Source of the DNA: Alphaproteobacteria bacterium
GTDB lineage: Bacteria; Pseudomonadota; Alphaproteobacteria; UBA828
Assembly (NCBI GenBank): GCA_963422645.2
Contig: CAXXVO010000009.1
Span: forward strand, 384,001-448,000
DNA length: 64,000 nt
Direction: 5' to 3'
In this document: in pieces, positions 35,209-44,765 of the stretch
How the letters are laid out: each line of letters begins with the position of its first letter
How positions within the stretch are numbered: position 1 is the first letter of the stretch
Translations under genes and position numbers: made by a program
The notes under the pieces: generated by a model
What the model saw: the letters and a program-made list of their open reading frames with translations, nothing else
Told to the model about the DNA's origin: nothing
The model's database searches: none

Positions 35209-36552
35209 ATGTACGACCTCGTGGTCCGCGGCGATCTCGTGCTCCCCGACCGCGTGCTCGCGGGCGGCTTCCTCGCGGTCCGCGACGGGGTCATCGGCGC
35301 GCTCGGCACGGGCGACGCGCCGGAGGCGGCGGAGACCGTCGATGCGGCGGGCCGGCTGATCTTCCCCGGCGTCATCGACGGCCAGGTCCACGCCGGGAGC
35401 TGCGAGGGGATCGCGGGGCTCGGCGACGCTTCGATGGCGGCGGCGGCGGGCGGCGTCACCACCATCGTCGACATGCCCTTCGACGACCCACTGCCGGTCA
35501 ACTCGGTCGAGCTGCTGCAGGCCAAGGTCGAGACGCTGGAACGGATCGCCCACGTCGACGTCGCGCTCTACGGCGCGCCGAAGAAGGGCGCGGATACAGA
35601 GGGCATCGCGGAGCTCGCCGACGCCGGGGTCTGCGCCTTCAAGGTGTCCACCTACGAATACCACCCCGTGCGCTTCCCCGGCTACGACATGGGCGAGCTC
35701 TACGAGCTGTTCCCCGCGATCCGCGACACAGGACTTTCCGTTGCCTTCCACAACGAGGACGCCGCGATTGTCCGCCGCCTGACGCAGCGCTTCCTCGACG
35801 AGCGGCGTAACACGCCGGAGAGCCACGGCGCCGGCCGGCCGGCGGTCGCCGAGGTGGTGGCCAATGCGGCGGTCTTCGAAATTGCGCGGGTGACGGGCGT
35901 GCGCTGCCACATCGTGCACAGCTCGCTCGCGCGCGGCATCGAACAGGCGAAGCGCTACCGCGAGGAAGGTGTCAGGGCCACCGCCGAGACCTGCGTGCAG
36001 TACCTGGTGTTCGAGGAGGGGCAAGTGCTGACCATGGGCGCCAGGCTCAAGCAGAACCCGCCCATTCGCCCGGCCCATGAGCGCGAGGCGCTGTGGGAGA
36101 AGGTCGTGGCCGACGAGGTGGATTTCGTCTCGTCCGATCACGTCGCCTGGCCGCTCTCGCGCAAGTCGAACCCCGAGTTCTCGGAGAACGGCTCGGGCGT
36201 GCCGGGGCTGGAGACGCTCTTCGCCGCGCTCTACACCGGCATGGTGACCGAACGGGGGCTTGCGCCGAGCCGGGTGGCGGCGCTGCTCTCCGAGCGTCCG
36301 GCGCGGCACTTCGGCCTCTATCCGCGCAAAGGCGCGCTCACCCCGGGCGCCGACGCTGACTTCGCCATCGTCGCCCCCGCCCCCTGGACCTTCGATGCCG
36401 CCGGCATGGCGTCCCAGGTCAAGTGGAGTCCCTACGACGGCATGACCTTCGGTGCGCAGGTGACGAGCACGTACGTGAGGGGCACGCCGGTCTACGCCGC
36501 CGGCGAGGTCATCGGCACCCCCGGCACCGGCAAATTCGTTCGTCCGGTCTGA
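35209..36552 (+). CDS. Allantoinase/dihydroorotase-family cyclic amidohydrolase
   Basis: PGVIDGQVH, GGVTTIVDMP, HNED, KQNPPIR, SSDH. Confidence 0.88.
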   Translation: MYDLVVRGDLVLPDRVLAGGFLAVRDGVIGALGTGDAPEAAETVDAAGRLIFPGVIDGQVHAGSCEGIAGLGDASMAAAAGGVTTIVDMPFDDPLPVNSVELLQAKVETLERIAHVDVALYGAPKKGADTEGIAELADAGVCAFKVSTYEYHPVRFPGYDMGELYELFPAIRDTGLSVAFHNEDAAIVRRLTQRFLDERRNTPESHGAGRPAVAEVVANAAVFEIARVTGVRCHIVHSSLARGIEQAKRYREEGVRATAETCVQYLVFEEGQVLTMGARLKQNPPIRPAHEREALWEKVVADEVDFVSSDHVAWPLSRKSNPEFSENGSGVPGLETLFAALYTGMVTERGLAPSRVAALLSERPARHFGLYPRKGALTPGADADFAIVAPAPWTFDAAGMASQVKWSPYDGMTFGAQVTSTYVRGTPVYAAGEVIGTPGTGKFVRPV

Positions 36553-36602
36553 GAAAGAGCGCTTCAGCACATTTGACTCGCGTCGTCGTCTGGAATGGAT
36601 TG

Positions 36603-36631
36603 TTGCGCACAAAAATGTGCGCATCTATTCT
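36603..36631 (+). promoter_or_regulatory. hicAB promoter with overlapping palindromic operator
   Basis: TTGCGC-N17-TATTCT; TGCGCACA-aaaa-TGTGCGCA at 36604-36623. Confidence 0.65.
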
Positions 36632-36820
36632 TGACCGATGCTGGCGACGCCTCACACTGTCGCGGCATGAACGGGAGGCAGTTCATCGCGAGAGTGCGCA
36701 AGTGGGCGAGGAGCCGAAATATTGAGGTGCGCTTCGTGGCATCCGAAGGAGCTGGTTCCCATGGAACGCTCTATGCGGGCAAGCGCAGAACCACCGTCAA
36801 GGACCGAAAGAAGGAAATCG

Positions 36821-38709
36821 GTAACTGCCCAGGTTCTTGCTGTGAAAATTCTCTGGGATTCGGCACAACGCTACCCACGCGACGCCCGTGTGCTCCTCTG
36901 TGGTCGCCGGGTTTCACAGCTCACGATGCCCCTCTTGCGGACTGCGACCGGTAAGCTACCCCGATGTGGCCCGAAGTCCGCCCGCGCGACGGGCACCGAT
37001 TTTCATTCTATGGGGTGGTCCAGCACGGCGTCGACCATGATCGTTTATGAGAATGGCTCCGCTGTTGGAGAACCCGTGCCAGGTGAGCTTACGCGCACTT
37101 GACGGTGGCGATGAGCCGATCCGATGGGCTGGTCAGGGCTTCGATGATATTCCAGCCCTGCTTTCTGGCGGTGGTGATGACGCTGCGCAGGATGGCGAAG
37201 TTCTCGGCCCCCTGCGCGGACCGGAAGCCCCCGGAGATCTTCTGGCGCAGCTTCATCATCCGAAGGTCGCGCTCGGCCTCGTTGTTCGTGAACCCGACCT
37301 CGAGGTCGATCAGGAACCGGAGCACCGCGCATTTGTGGTCGCGCAGCCTCAAGGCCAGATTGTGACCGATCCTTCGCTTCCGGCGCTTCTTCCTCTTGCC
37401 AGGCGAGAACGGTGGTTGGCTCTCGTGAAAGGCCAGCGCATCGGCGATGATCTCGTCGTATCGGCGCTCGATCAGCGCCACAAGCCTCGCCGGAACGGCG
37501 ATATCCTTGTCCAGCGCGATGCGGGCGGCGCGATTGGCTCGGCGCAGGAGCTGCTGCATCCGCCGGGCCCAAGCCTCCCCTTCGATGTCCACCAGCGCCT
37601 GCAACTCCCGCAGGTGATGGGCGTTGCACAGGCCGTGCTCCACCCCTTCCATCGCGAAGTACGGCTTCCAGTGATCGTGCACGACGATGCCGGAGACACC
37701 CGAGAGCAGGGCGCCGCGCTTGCCGCTGACCCGGTACGCCGCCAGCAGCGGCGTGCAGATCACATGAAGCCACTGCGTCTGACCGCCGATCCGCAAGCCG
37801 GTCTCGTCCATGTGTTTCACCCGCGCCGTGCCCGCCGCCAGGTCCTGTATGTGCAAGGCCGCGTCCCGCAAGCCGCTCGGCCGCCCTCTCGCTCATCGTC
37901 GCCAACGTCGCAGCCGTCACCGGCGCGCCGAAGAGCTCGGCCATCACCTGCGACAGCCGATCCTCCGGCAGGAAGTGAGCGTGCTGAAGGTAGACCGCCA
38001 CCCCGGCAATGCGCGGGCCGTACTGCACCGGCGCCGACACCCCGTCGGGGAACGCCGCCCGGGTCACCGTCCCGCAATGCCCGCAGCACTTGGCATGCGC
38101 CCGGTGCTCGGTCACCTCCAGGGGGCTCGGCTCGGGCAGATCGAACACCTGGCGGGCGACGGGCGTTCCCGCCCTGGCCGCGTCCGAAAGCGGCGAACCG
38201 CATCCCTTGCAGGAAGCCGGGACGTGATCCTTCACCCGATCCGGGTGATCGGCGCGGCGCAGCGTCTTGCCCTTGTGGCCGGGCTGGCCACCGGGCTTGC
38301 GGCCCGATTTGCCGCGCAGGCTTCGGGTTCGCCGCTTCGAATTCGGCTTCCTCAGCCCATCGCTCGAAGGCGGCTTGCCGCTGTTGCCGCTGTTGAGGCC
38401 GAGACGGCGCTCCAACTCCTCGATGCGCTCGACGAGACGCGCGACTTGCTCTTCCAGCCGCGCGTTCTGCTGCCGAAGCCAGGCATTTTCCTCCCGAAGC
38501 CGGGCGTTCTCCTCCTCCAGGCGGGCGATCTTCTGCGCGGGCGTTTCGGGCGCTGCTCCCGTCGAAGGGCCGCGCGGCGACTCGGGATTGCTCATGTCGT
38601 TGTTGAGTCATTTCCCGAAATTCCCGTCAAGCCCTTTCCACCAACTCCGAACGAGAAACGCCTCAATCCACTGGCCCAAAATGACAAATCAGACGACCTG
38701 GGCAGTTAC
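36821..38709 (-). mobile_element. IS66-family element, single-ORF (ISBst12-like) type
   Basis: Perfect 14-bp inverted repeats GTAACTGCCCAGGT; 8-bp target duplication GGAAATCG at 36813-36820 and 38710-38717. Confidence 0.95.
37089..38595 (-). pseudogene. IS66 transposase with a frameshift near 37871
   Basis: N-part NSGNSGKPPSSDG...GGQPGHKG in one frame; HMDETG...LCNAHHLREL...TNNEAERDLR in another. Confidence 0.88.
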
Positions 38710-38814
38710 GGAAATCGGCAAGGGACTGCTCGCCAAGATGCTCACCGACCTTGAGATCGACAGGGACGACTTCTAGGGAACGGAACGGCACAGGTGTCCC
38801 CGGAGACCGAACGC

Positions 38815-39252
38815 ATGCCTGACACCTACAACTATCCTGCCGAAATCGAACGCGACGAGGACGACCGGTATGTCGTCACGTTTCCGGACTTCGGATGGGG
38901 TGCGACGGACGGCGCCACACGCGAGGAGGCGCTCCTCGAAGCCAAGGATTTGCTGCGCGAGCTGATCGCAACTGCGATTCGGGAGGATGAGACCCTGCCG
39001 GAGCCGTCGCGCGCCGGTAAGGGGAGACCCCTGGTCGTCCCGCCGGTGCAGATCGCGCTGAAGGCGGCCCTTTACGAGGCTTGGCGCCAAGCCGGCATTT
39101 CGCAACGCAGCCTTGCTCGTGACCTCGATGTCGCCGAAAGCGAGGTGCGGCGAATGTTAAATCCGGAGCATCACACCAAGGCTGCAACGATGGATCGCGC
39201 CCTGCGCCAGCTGGGGAAGCGCGTGACCGTCACTGTCGGCGAGGCGGCCTGA
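38815..39252 (+). CDS. hicB: HicB antitoxin with C-terminal HTH
   Basis: YVVTFPDF...GATREEAL...LPEPS, then ISQRSLARDLDVAESEVRRML. Confidence 0.92.
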   Translation: MPDTYNYPAEIERDEDDRYVVTFPDFGWGATDGATREEALLEAKDLLRELIATAIREDETLPEPSRAGKGRPLVVPPVQIALKAALYEAWRQAGISQRSLARDLDVAESEVRRMLNPEHHTKAATMDRALRQLGKRVTVTVGEAA

Positions 39253-39333
39253 TCCACTCCCATAGGCTCACAACGCTGAGGGAAATTGGGGTGGTCAAGA
39301 GCGGGGCCATCGTTGGCGGGCTCGTCTACAACC

Positions 39334-40062
39334 CTAGCTTGGTGCGTAGCTCTCGCGGGCGCCGAGGCTGGAGCCGCCGCAGACCATGATCGCCTGCCCG
39401 GTCACGAATGAGCTGCGCTCGTCGAGGAAGAACGCGATGGTGTGGGCCATGTCCTCAGGCGTGCCGATGCGGCCGGCCGGGATCGCGGCGAGCGCGGCCC
39501 TGGTGCGGGGCGAGTCCGGCGGGTTGGCCTCGACGTAGAGTTCGGTCGCCGTCGGGCCGGGGCAGATGCAGTTGACCGTGATGCCGTCGCCGCCGAGCTC
39601 CAGCGCCCAGGTGCGCGTGAGCCCGATCAGCGCCGCCTTGGTCGCGGCGTAGTTGGTGCGAAGCTCCTTGCCGCGCACCGAGCGGCTGGAGACGTTGACG
39701 ATGCGCCCGAAGCCTGCGGCCCGCATCCCCGGCGCCAGCGCCTTGGTGCACTGGATGGCCGAGCGCACGTTGAGCGCCATCAGGTAGTCGAAATCGTCGA
39801 GGGTCGCGTCCTCCAGCAGGGCCGGGCGCACGGCGCCTACGTTGTTGACGAGCCGCGTGATGGTGCGGCCTGCGAGCGCCTGCCCCAGCGCGCGAGCCGT
39901 GGCTGCGGTATCGGCGAGATCCACCGCCACGAACTCATCCACCGGGTCTTCCGGCTCCAGCACGTCGAAGACCACGACCCGGCAGCCCTCGGCGCGGAGC
40001 CTCGCCGCCGTCGCCCGGCCGATCCCGCGGGCACCGCCGGTGATGAGGGCGAAATCGGTCGT
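39334..40062 (-). CDS. SDR-family oxidoreductase (probable ACG start)
   Basis: Frame extends past the track start to ALITGGARGIG; NNVG, YAATK, PG, GRIGTPED; GGAGGG six nt before ACG at 40062. Confidence 0.82.
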   Translation of the reverse strand, partial: TTDFALITGGARGIGRATAARLRAEGCRVVVFDVLEPEDPVDEFVAVDLADTAATARALGQALAGRTITRLVNNVGAVRPALLEDATLDDFDYLMALNVRSAIQCTKALAPGMRAAGFGRIVNVSSRSVRGKELRTNYAATKAALIGLTRTWALELGGDGITVNCICPGPTATELYVEANPPDSPRTRAALAAIPAGRIGTPEDMAHTIAFFLDERSSFVTGQAIMVCGGSSLGARESYAPS

Positions 40063-40096
40063 CGCCCGCCCTCCCCTGCGCGTGCGACTGGCGGCC

Positions 40097-41200
40097 CTAC
40101 TCCGCCGCGGCCCGCGCGCCGATGGAGGCGTTGACCTTTGGCATGACCTCTTCGGCGAGCAGCGACATGGAGCGCTTCATCCGCTCCTTGTCGGTCCAGT
40201 CCTGCGCGGTCAGCATCAGCGTGCCGAAGTGGCCGATCTCTTCCCTCAGCGCCAGGATCTTCTCGGCGACCGTCTCCGGGCTGCCGTAGATGGTGTAGCT
40301 GTCGCGGATCGCCTCGTGCGTGAGCTCGGCCGGGTCGTCGCCCTGGTTGACGACGAAGGGCCCCTTCATCTCGGCGCGCTCGAAGATCCTGAAGAGGTAG
40401 CTGAAGTACCAGTCGGTGCTGTCCTCGGCCTTCTTGACGAAGGCCTCGGCCGCCTCGTCGGTCTCGTCCACGTGCACGTTGCGCGCGACGCGCCAGATCT
40501 CGGGGTCGGTCGAGTGGCCCGCCTTGGCCGCGGCATCGGCATAGACCTGCCAGTGGGACTTGGCCGACCAGGTGCCGATGAAGTTGGCCGAGATCGGGAT
40601 ATAGCCGCGCGAGCCCGCGAACTTGATCGAGCCCGAGAAGGGGCTCATCGCCGAGATGGCGATGGGCGGATAGGGCTTCTGATAGGGCTTGGCCATGTAG
40701 CCCAGCCCGATATCCTCGTAGATCCAGTCCTTGAGGGAGATCTGCCAGTGCTTGCCGTCGTAGCTGTAGGGCGGATCCGAGGTCCAGATATCGACCATGA
40801 TGTCGATGGCCTCGATCATCATCGAATTGCGGTCCGCGTCCATCACGCCGAAGACCTCGAAGTCGGGCGGCAGCCCGCCGGGGCCGAGGCCTGCGATGAA
40901 GCGCCCCTTCGCCAGGTGATCGAACATGGCGATCTGCCCAGCCGTCACCGCCGGGTGATACTGCGGCAGGCAGATCACGCCCGTACCGGCGACGATCTGC
41001 TTGGTGTGCGGCAGGACGTGGGCGAGGAAGAGCAGCGGCGAGGTGATCTGCTCGGACTTGGAGCTGTAGTGCTCGCCGACCCAGGCCTCCGAGAAGCCGA
41101 GGCTATCGGCATGGATGATCGCCTCGATATCCTCCATGAGGGTGGTGTGATAGTCCCTCGTGTGATTGTGGATCGGCATCATGAACAGGCCCAGCTTCAT
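40097..41200 (-). CDS. LLM-class flavin-dependent monooxygenase
   Basis: MKLGLFMMP, AWVGEH, GLGPGGLPPD, YGSPETV; AGGAGA RBS. Confidence 0.9.
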   Translation of the reverse strand: MKLGLFMMPIHNHTRDYHTTLMEDIEAIIHADSLGFSEAWVGEHYSSKSEQITSPLLFLAHVLPHTKQIVAGTGVICLPQYHPAVTAGQIAMFDHLAKGRFIAGLGPGGLPPDFEVFGVMDADRNSMMIEAIDIMVDIWTSDPPYSYDGKHWQISLKDWIYEDIGLGYMAKPYQKPYPPIAISAMSPFSGSIKFAGSRGYIPISANFIGTWSAKSHWQVYADAAAKAGHSTDPEIWRVARNVHVDETDEAAEAFVKKAEDSTDWYFSYLFRIFERAEMKGPFVVNQGDDPAELTHEAIRDSYTIYGSPETVAEKILALREEIGHFGTLMLTAQDWTDKERMKRSMSLLAEEVMPKVNASIGARAAAE

Positions 41201-41340
41201 CGATCTCCTCCCTTGCCCCGCGGCGATGTGCACACGAACCCTTGGCCCGCCCGTCACCGGGCAGCCGGGCGCACCATATACCATCGCATGCGCCGCCGCA
41301 CGCTGGCGCAGGAAGCCCGTGTGACGCTGCGAGGCGTGGC

Positions 41341-42240
41341 GTGATCGGGGCTGGGGCCGTGCCCGCGCATGAGCGTCGACGGGCGCTGCGGGCGGCGCTC
41401 GCCAGCGGCGGGCTGCTGCGCTTCCCCGGCGCATTTGCGCCGATCGTGGCGAAGCTGATCGAGCGCCAGGGCTTCGACGGGGCCTACGTCTCCGGTGCGG
41501 CGCTGGCTGCCGATCTCGGCCTGCCGGACATCGGGCTGGTGACTCAAAGCGAGGTCGTCGCCCGCGCGCAGGCGATCGTGCGGGCCTGCACTTTGCCTGT
41601 CATCGTGGACGTCGACACCGGCTTCGGCGCCCCGCTCAATGCCGCCCGCACCGTGGCGCTGCTGGAGGAGGCCGGCCTCGCCGGCTGCCACCTCGAAGAC
41701 CAGGAGAGCCCGAAGCGCTGCGGCCATCTCGACCGCAAGACCCTGGTGCCGACGGCGGAGATGGTGCGCCGCGTGCGCGCAGGGCGCGAGGCCCAGCGCG
41801 ACCCGGACTTCCTGCTCATCGCCCGCACCGACGCGCGCGGGCCCGAGGGGCTGGAAAAGGCGATCGACCGGGCCAAGGCTTACGTCGATGCGGGCGCGGC
41901 CATGATCTTCCCCGAGGCGCTGCAGGACGAGCGCGAGTTCGAGGCCTTCCGCGCCGCCGTCGACGCGCCGCTGATGGCCAACATGACCGAGTTCGGCAAG
42001 TCGCCCCTGCTCTCGCGCAAGGCGCTGGCGGGCCTCGGCTACAACTTGGTGATCTACCCGGTCACGACCTTCCGTCTCGCCATGAAGGCCGTGGAGGACG
42101 GGCTCCGGGACCTCGACGAGGGCGACGATCAGCCGGGCCTCGTGCCCCGCATGATGACCAGGGCGCACCTCTATGACATCGTGGACTACGCGGGCTACGG
42201 GCGCTTCGACAGCGCTGTCCGCGATTTTTCCGAAGAGTGA
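41341..42240 (+). CDS. prpB: Methylisocitrate lyase
   Basis: LGLPDIG, DVDTGFG, EDQESPKRCGH, ANMTEFGK; GTG start approximate. Confidence 0.82.
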   Translation: MIGAGAVPAHERRRALRAALASGGLLRFPGAFAPIVAKLIERQGFDGAYVSGAALAADLGLPDIGLVTQSEVVARAQAIVRACTLPVIVDVDTGFGAPLNAARTVALLEEAGLAGCHLEDQESPKRCGHLDRKTLVPTAEMVRRVRAGREAQRDPDFLLIARTDARGPEGLEKAIDRAKAYVDAGAAMIFPEALQDEREFEAFRAAVDAPLMANMTEFGKSPLLSRKALAGLGYNLVIYPVTTFRLAMKAVEDGLRDLDEGDDQPGLVPRMMTRAHLYDIVDYAGYGRFDSAVRDFSEE

Positions 42241-42276
42241 GCGCGTTCTACAATAGCGTCGGTTGAAGGGTCTCCG

Positions 42277-43470
42277 ATGACACAGCTCCCAGCAGACGGC
42301 GCCCTCGCGCGCTTCACCGTGCTCGACCTCACCCGCTACCGGGCGGGGCCGACCGCGGCGCGCCAGCTTGCAGACTGGGGCGCCGACGTGATCAAGATCG
42401 AAGCGCCGGGGACACCGGGGACGGCGAGCGATCCGATCAAGGCCCGGCATGGCCCGGACTTCCAGAACCTGCACCGCAACAAGCGGAGCCTCACCCTGAA
42501 CCTCAAGGAGCCCAACGGCGTCTCCATCTTCAAGCGCTTGGCGGAGAGCGCCGACGTGGTGGTGGAGAACTACCGCCCCGACGTGAAGCACCGGCTCGGC
42601 ATCGATTACGAGACCCTCAGCGCCCTCAACCCCCGCCTGGTCTATGCCAGCCTCTCGGGCTTCGGTCAGGATGGCCCTTACGCGAAAAGACCGGGCTTCG
42701 ACCAGATCGCCCAGGGCATGGGCGGGCTCATGTCGATCACCGGCGAGCCGGGCCGCGGGCCGATGCGCGTCGGCATCCCGGTCGCCGATCTCAGCGCCGG
42801 GCTCTATACGGCCATCGGCATCCTGGTCGCGCTGCTGGAGCGCGAGCACTCGGGCAAAGGGCAGTGGGTGCAGTCCTCCCTGCTGCAGGCGATGATCGCC
42901 CAGCTCGATTTTCAGGCCGCGCGCTACTTGTTTGAGGGCGAAGCACCCGGCCAGGCCGGCAACGACCACCCGACCAGCATCCCGACCGGCGTGTTCGAGA
43001 CCGCCGACGGCCACATCAACATCGCGACCTCCGGCGGCGCCATCTACGAGCGCCTGTGCGAGTCACTCGGCATGCCAGAGCTGATCACCGACCCACGCTT
43101 CGCCACCGGCGACGGCCGCTCCAGGAATCGGGGCGCGCTCAACGCGCTCATCAACGAGCGCACGCGCACCAGGCCGAGCACGGATTGGGTGGAAGCATTT
43201 AACCAGGCCGGCGTCCCCTGCGGGCCGATCTATGCCATCGACGAGATGTTCGCCGACCCGCAGGTGAAGCACCTCGGCATGGCGCACCCTGTCGAGCACC
43301 CGACCCTCGGGGAAACGCACATCGTCTCCCAGGCGGCCCGGCTCAGCCGGACGCCCTTCAATGTGCACGGTGCGACGCCGGAGCTCGGCGCCCACACCGA
43401 CGAAATCCTGGGGGCGCTCGGCTACGGTGCGGCGAACATCGCGGACCTGCGGGGCCGGGGTGTCGTGTAG
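42277..43470 (+). CDS. CaiB/BaiF family III CoA-transferase
   Basis: AGPTAARQLADWGADVIKIE, RNKRS, ENYRP, GFD. Confidence 0.92.
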   Translation: MTQLPADGALARFTVLDLTRYRAGPTAARQLADWGADVIKIEAPGTPGTASDPIKARHGPDFQNLHRNKRSLTLNLKEPNGVSIFKRLAESADVVVENYRPDVKHRLGIDYETLSALNPRLVYASLSGFGQDGPYAKRPGFDQIAQGMGGLMSITGEPGRGPMRVGIPVADLSAGLYTAIGILVALLEREHSGKGQWVQSSLLQAMIAQLDFQAARYLFEGEAPGQAGNDHPTSIPTGVFETADGHINIATSGGAIYERLCESLGMPELITDPRFATGDGRSRNRGALNALINERTRTRPSTDWVEAFNQAGVPCGPIYAIDEMFADPQVKHLGMAHPVEHPTLGETHIVSQAARLSRTPFNVHGATPELGAHTDEILGALGYGAANIADLRGRGVV

Positions 43471-43515
43471 CCTCGGCGCCGCGCCTCTCCCCTGCATGCT
43501 TTTCAGGAATATCCG

Positions 43516-44304
43516 ATGACAGATCAACTCCTTGTCGATACCGACGGCGCCGTCGGCTGGATCACCTTCAACAACCCGGCGAAGCACAACGCGCTCTCGG
43601 TCGCCATGTGGCGCGCGCTGCCCGAGGCGCTGGACCGGCTCGAGGCGGACCCCGCGATTCGCGTGATTGTGCTCAAGGGCGCGGGCAAGAAGGCCTTCGT
43701 CTCGGGCGCGGATATCTCGGAGTTCGCGACCGAGCGCGCGAGCGAGCAGGCGGTTGCGGCCTATGACGAGCTCGCCGAAGGCGCGACCCATCGGCTTCGC
43801 AACGCGGACCGGCCGACCATCGCCATGATCCGGGGTTATTGCATGGGGGGTGGCCTCGGCCTCGCCATCGCCTGCGACCTGCGGATCGCCGGCGCAGGCG
43901 CCACCTTCGCGATCCCCGCCGCACGGCTCGGTGTCGGCTACCGGATCGGCTCGCTCCAGCTGCTGACCGATCTCGTGGGGCCGGCCTTCGCCAAGGAGAT
44001 TCTGATCACGGCGCGGCGCTTCTCCGCTGCGGAGGCCGAGCGCATCGGCCTGGTCAACCAGGCCGTCCCCGACGATTCGCTGGACGAGACCATCGAGCGC
44101 TACTGCGCCGGCATCGCGGCCAACGCGCCGCTTTCCATGCGCGCGAGCAAGCGCATGATCGCTGAGCTTGCGCGGGGCGGCGCCGAGGGCGTGGACTCGG
44201 CGCTCTGCGAGGAGCTGGTGACGGCCTGCTTCACCAGCGAGGACTACACCGAGGGGCGCACCGCGTTCATGGAGAAGCGGGCGCCCAAGTTCACGGGCCG
44301 CTGA
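43516..44304 (+). CDS. Enoyl-CoA hydratase/isomerase
   Basis: AFVSGADISEF, CMGGG, IPAARLG, EGRTAFMEKR. Confidence 0.92.
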   Translation: MTDQLLVDTDGAVGWITFNNPAKHNALSVAMWRALPEALDRLEADPAIRVIVLKGAGKKAFVSGADISEFATERASEQAVAAYDELAEGATHRLRNADRPTIAMIRGYCMGGGLGLAIACDLRIAGAGATFAIPAARLGVGYRIGSLQLLTDLVGPAFAKEILITARRFSAAEAERIGLVNQAVPDDSLDETIERYCAGIAANAPLSMRASKRMIAELARGGAEGVDSALCEELVTACFTSEDYTEGRTAFMEKRAPKFTGR

Positions 44305-44460
44305 CCCCCACGCTTCGCTGCAAGCGCAGGCCGCATCGCGCGGGAGCGAGACGCGGGCGCCGCACGAATGCGTGTTCCGAAGCCGTGACCTCCCGGTGCC
44401 ACGCCCATGGGGACCACAGGCCTGTCAGGGCGGCGTCTTGCGAACACGGCAAATCAATTG

Positions 44461-44564
44461 TTTCCGGCCTATTCCGGCTTATTCCGGCTCAAAGTGGCTC
44501 AAAGTGGTCCATAGTGGCTCAAACATGGCGGTTCAAAGTGGCTCAAAGCGGCCAAAAGCGGACC
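44461..44564. repeat. Tandem array of about ten 10-bp units (AAAGTGGCTC / ATTCCGGCTY)
   Basis: tttccggcct attccggctt attccggctc aaagtggctc aaagtggtcc atagtggctc aaacatggcggttc aaagtggctc aaagcggcca aaagcggacc. Confidence 0.88.
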
Positions 44565-44765
44565 GGGCGGCGACCCTCCCCGCTCGTGCTACCGACGACG
44601 GTGCGGGCCCCTTCATCCTCTTTCCGCCGGTGGCGCCCCGCTCGCTTTCGTCCTGAATGGTCTTGTGCTGCATGGCCTAAGGGTGGCGCGTGCGCCACGC
44701 CCTGTGCACCGCACCATGGTTCGGGGCGACGGCGGGCAGATCACCGCCGTTGCGGCAAGTCCGCC

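Larger units (their letters stand above)
36667..38776 (+). pseudogene. hicA: HicA toxin interrupted by IS66 (36667-36820 plus 38718-38776)
   Basis: Removing the IS and one target duplication restores MNGRQFIARVRKWAR...EGAGSHGTLY...KKEIGKGLLAKMLTDLEIDRDDF* (70 aa, GSH motif). Confidence 0.9.
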
